Assembly (NCBI GenBank): GCA_000091165.1
Contig: FP565575.1
Coordinates: 1,980,001 to 2,012,000 of the forward strand
Direction: 5' to 3'
DNA length: 32,000 nt
Source: Candidatus Methylomirabilis oxygeniifera
GTDB lineage: Bacteria; Methylomirabilota; Methylomirabilia; Methylomirabilales; Methylomirabilaceae
The translations under genes were made by a program, and so were the position numbers. Below, in pieces: positions 30,291 to 32,000 of this stretch; position 1 is the stretch's first letter; each line of letters begins with the position of its first letter. Below the pieces are notes generated by a model that was given only the letters and a program-made list of their open reading frames with translations, ran no database searches and had not been told where the DNA came from.

Positions 30291-30486
30291 CGTAACTACT
30301 CAGGTGTTTAGGCTGTAGGCTGAAGGCTGTTAGTCATTGCGCATGGACCGAATCAAGGCGCCCAGAACCTTTTTGGTCTCCATCATTGTTGCGTCGCATT
30401 TGGTATGGTCTCGCATGGCGCGTTCCTACAGTCTCACAGCCTATAGCCTAACAGCCTTCAGTCTATCCACCTTGTAGTAGTTACCG
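30291..30486 (-). mobile_element. MITE-like element, copy B (inverted relative to copy A)
   Basis: The left end CGTAACTACTCAGGTGTTTAGGCTGTAGGCTGAAGGCTG matches the reverse complement of copy A's right end (25/29 after the CGTAACTAC terminus by hand count). The right end is ...CCTTGTAGTAGTTACCG. The core matches copy A only when reverse-complemented. Confidence 0.6.
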
Positions 30487-30490
30487 TCAC

Positions 30491-32000
30491 TCAGTCCTCA
30501 GCGCGGGACGCGTCTGCGGCGGCGTGCAGTCGACGAACCAGGCCGGCCTCAGGCTGAACGGTAATCGTCTTCTCCTGTGTGAGCAAGACGGCTCCCGGTG
30601 CGGCAGCCTTCGGCTTCCTTAGAAATTTTCGCAAAACATAGTCTACCGGCACCTTGGCCTCCCCGCGCGCCCGGCTGTAGTAGGCGGCAAGTTGCGCCGC
30701 TTCGCAGAGAGTCCTAGGGGGCGCCTGCTTCCCTTTCTGCAAGCGAACGAGGACATGTGAGCCGTGGATGCCCTGGGCGTGCAGCCACAGATCGTGTGAT
30801 CGGGCCAGCCGCCAGGTCAGGTGATCGTTACCGGCCCCGTTTTTGCCGACCAGGATCGCTAGGCCATCAGAGGAGCAGAAGATGCGCGGTTCGGGGCCCT
30901 CGGACTGCCGAACGCGCGGCGCTGCCGGCCCCTGGATAGGCCGACGCCTCGCCATACAGGCGAAGGCGGCATCAACCCGCTGCAACTCGCCCACATCTTT
31001 CGCCGTCTCTACCTGCTTCATCATCGTCTGCAGCGTACGGAGCCGCTTCGCGGTCTCTGCGAGACGCTCGCCGACAATCTGCGCGCCGCGCTTGGCCTTG
31101 CGGTGCAGGGCGAAATAGTGCTGAGCATTCTCCTCGAGAGAGCAGGCGGGATCCAGTTCAATCTGAAGCGCCCGCTGCGCGGAATCGGCGTAATCGACGA
31201 GTTCGACCATTTGCTGTCCGCGCCGAATGCCGGCCCGATTAGCCAGCAGAAGCCGACCCTTCCGGGCATGCAGTTCGCCGTCACGATAGAGAGTTGCCTC
31301 CCGCTCGAGTTCGGTCATAAGCCGCTCCGCCGCACCAACGTCGCTCTCTAAGCGGTGTAGCAACCCAGCTCGAAGCGTCTGCAGTCGCTCAATCTGCTCG
31401 CGGCTTTCGTGGTACGCAGCACATGCCTCAGCCATCGTGGAATAAGAAACCTGATGGTCATCGGGGACCGTGACAAGCGGAAAGGCTGCGACACCGAGGG
31501 GCTTTCCATCGCTTCCCATGAGAAGCCTGGGCTCGAATGCAGCGGTGGCCACACGGCCCATGAAATCGTAAAATGGCTTCCACAGAGCGTGCGCTTGCTC
31601 GTCGAATGAGGCGAGCGTCGAGAGGCCGGCACGGACCACCAGTTCCGCCGCCATCAATGGGCTGAATCCTGTGAAGCAGGTCGTGAGGATGCGCGCCGGT
31701 TCGACCCCTTCAGTGAGGCGCAGGCGGACCAGTTCAAGGAATTCGTTTTCCTGAACCAACCTGGGATCGACGCGGCCGCAATCGAGGGGAGGCTGATACG
31801 GCTCGCCCGGTCCCGGCGTCTCACCCCTCGCTCGTCCGGAGGCCGCGCGAAGGCGGTCGATGACCGTTCCAGCAGCTCGATCGACGAGGAAAAAGTTGCT
31901 CGCAGGCCCCAACATCTCTACATATAAGATCATAGCCGCCTCGCTTGTGGTGAGCCCCGTCGAACCAGGCAGCGGGCCGCTACGCATATGGATCGCCATG
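30491..32000 (-). CDS. NFACT-family (FbpA/RqcH-like) protein, C-terminal ~500 codons (5' end probably beyond right edge)
   Basis: The C-terminal DGLAILVGKNGAGNDHLTWRLARSHDLWLHAQGIHGSHVLV...VPVDYVLRKFLRKP is the NFACT-R/DUF814 signature. The segment LYVEMLGPASNFFLVD resembles the internal EL-G-x-SN motif of the NFACT-N domain, so the true N-terminus is likely outside the window. Confidence 0.75.
   Translation of the reverse strand, partial: MAIHMRSGPLPGSTGLTTSEAAMILYVEMLGPASNFFLVDRAAGTVIDRLRAASGRARGETPGPGEPYQPPLDCGRVDPRLVQENEFLELVRLRLTEGVEPARILTTCFTGFSPLMAAELVVRAGLSTLASFDEQAHALWKPFYDFMGRVATAAFEPRLLMGSDGKPLGVAAFPLVTVPDDHQVSYSTMAEACAAYHESREQIERLQTLRAGLLHRLESDVGAAERLMTELEREATLYRDGELHARKGRLLLANRAGIRRGQQMVELVDYADSAQRALQIELDPACSLEENAQHYFALHRKAKRGAQIVGERLAETAKRLRTLQTMMKQVETAKDVGELQRVDAAFACMARRRPIQGPAAPRVRQSEGPEPRIFCSSDGLAILVGKNGAGNDHLTWRLARSHDLWLHAQGIHGSHVLVRLQKGKQAPPRTLCEAAQLAAYYSRARGEAKVPVDYVLRKFLRKPKAAAPGAVLLTQEKTITVQPEAGLVRRLHAAADASRAED

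Overview
GC-rich bacterial chromosome segment; every credible gene is on the minus strand. I cannot assign a lineage from sequence alone. On the minus strand the order runs right to left. It starts with a partial NFACT/RqcH-like gene, then ppx/gppA, an HNH endonuclease, uvrB and a cold-shock gene. A roughly 640-bp gene-free stretch of REP-like hairpins follows. Next is a roughly 12-kb type I restriction-modification (R-M) island (13696-25711). After it come a complete lysine/diaminopimelate block (lysA-dapF-dapA-dapB, an FAH-family gene, dapL), then folK, a deoxynucleoside kinase, panB, panC, and the 5' end of the dcw cluster (mraZ-rsmH-ftsL-ftsI-murE', with murE running off the left edge).

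The main hunt result is the R-M island, which is not a plain hsdMSR operon. Its order is HTH-fused hsdM, a frameshifted Rx4H-motif gene, hsdS, a coiled-coil TIR protein, a coiled-coil PD-(D/E)xK (Mrr-like) nuclease, a 35-codon relic of a second hsdR 5' end, an AlbA_2/HATPase_c_4 protein, the full hsdR, and a short M48/DUF45 peptidase. The hsdR relic is ATGA-coupled to the AlbA_2 gene. The TIR, nuclease and AlbA_2 genes sit in the slot that PrrC occupies in the classical prr locus. The TIR + nuclease pair is my best candidate for an undescribed defence module, possibly one that guards the R-M system.

The housekeeping intergenic spacers carry unusual 7-nt-periodic GCTG/CAGC repeats. They also carry two oppositely oriented copies of a roughly 165-195 bp MITE-like element with CGTAACTAC termini. 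I found no rRNA, tRNA, CRISPR array, integrase or transposase. The long plus-strand ORFs in the track are codon-aligned antisense artefacts.
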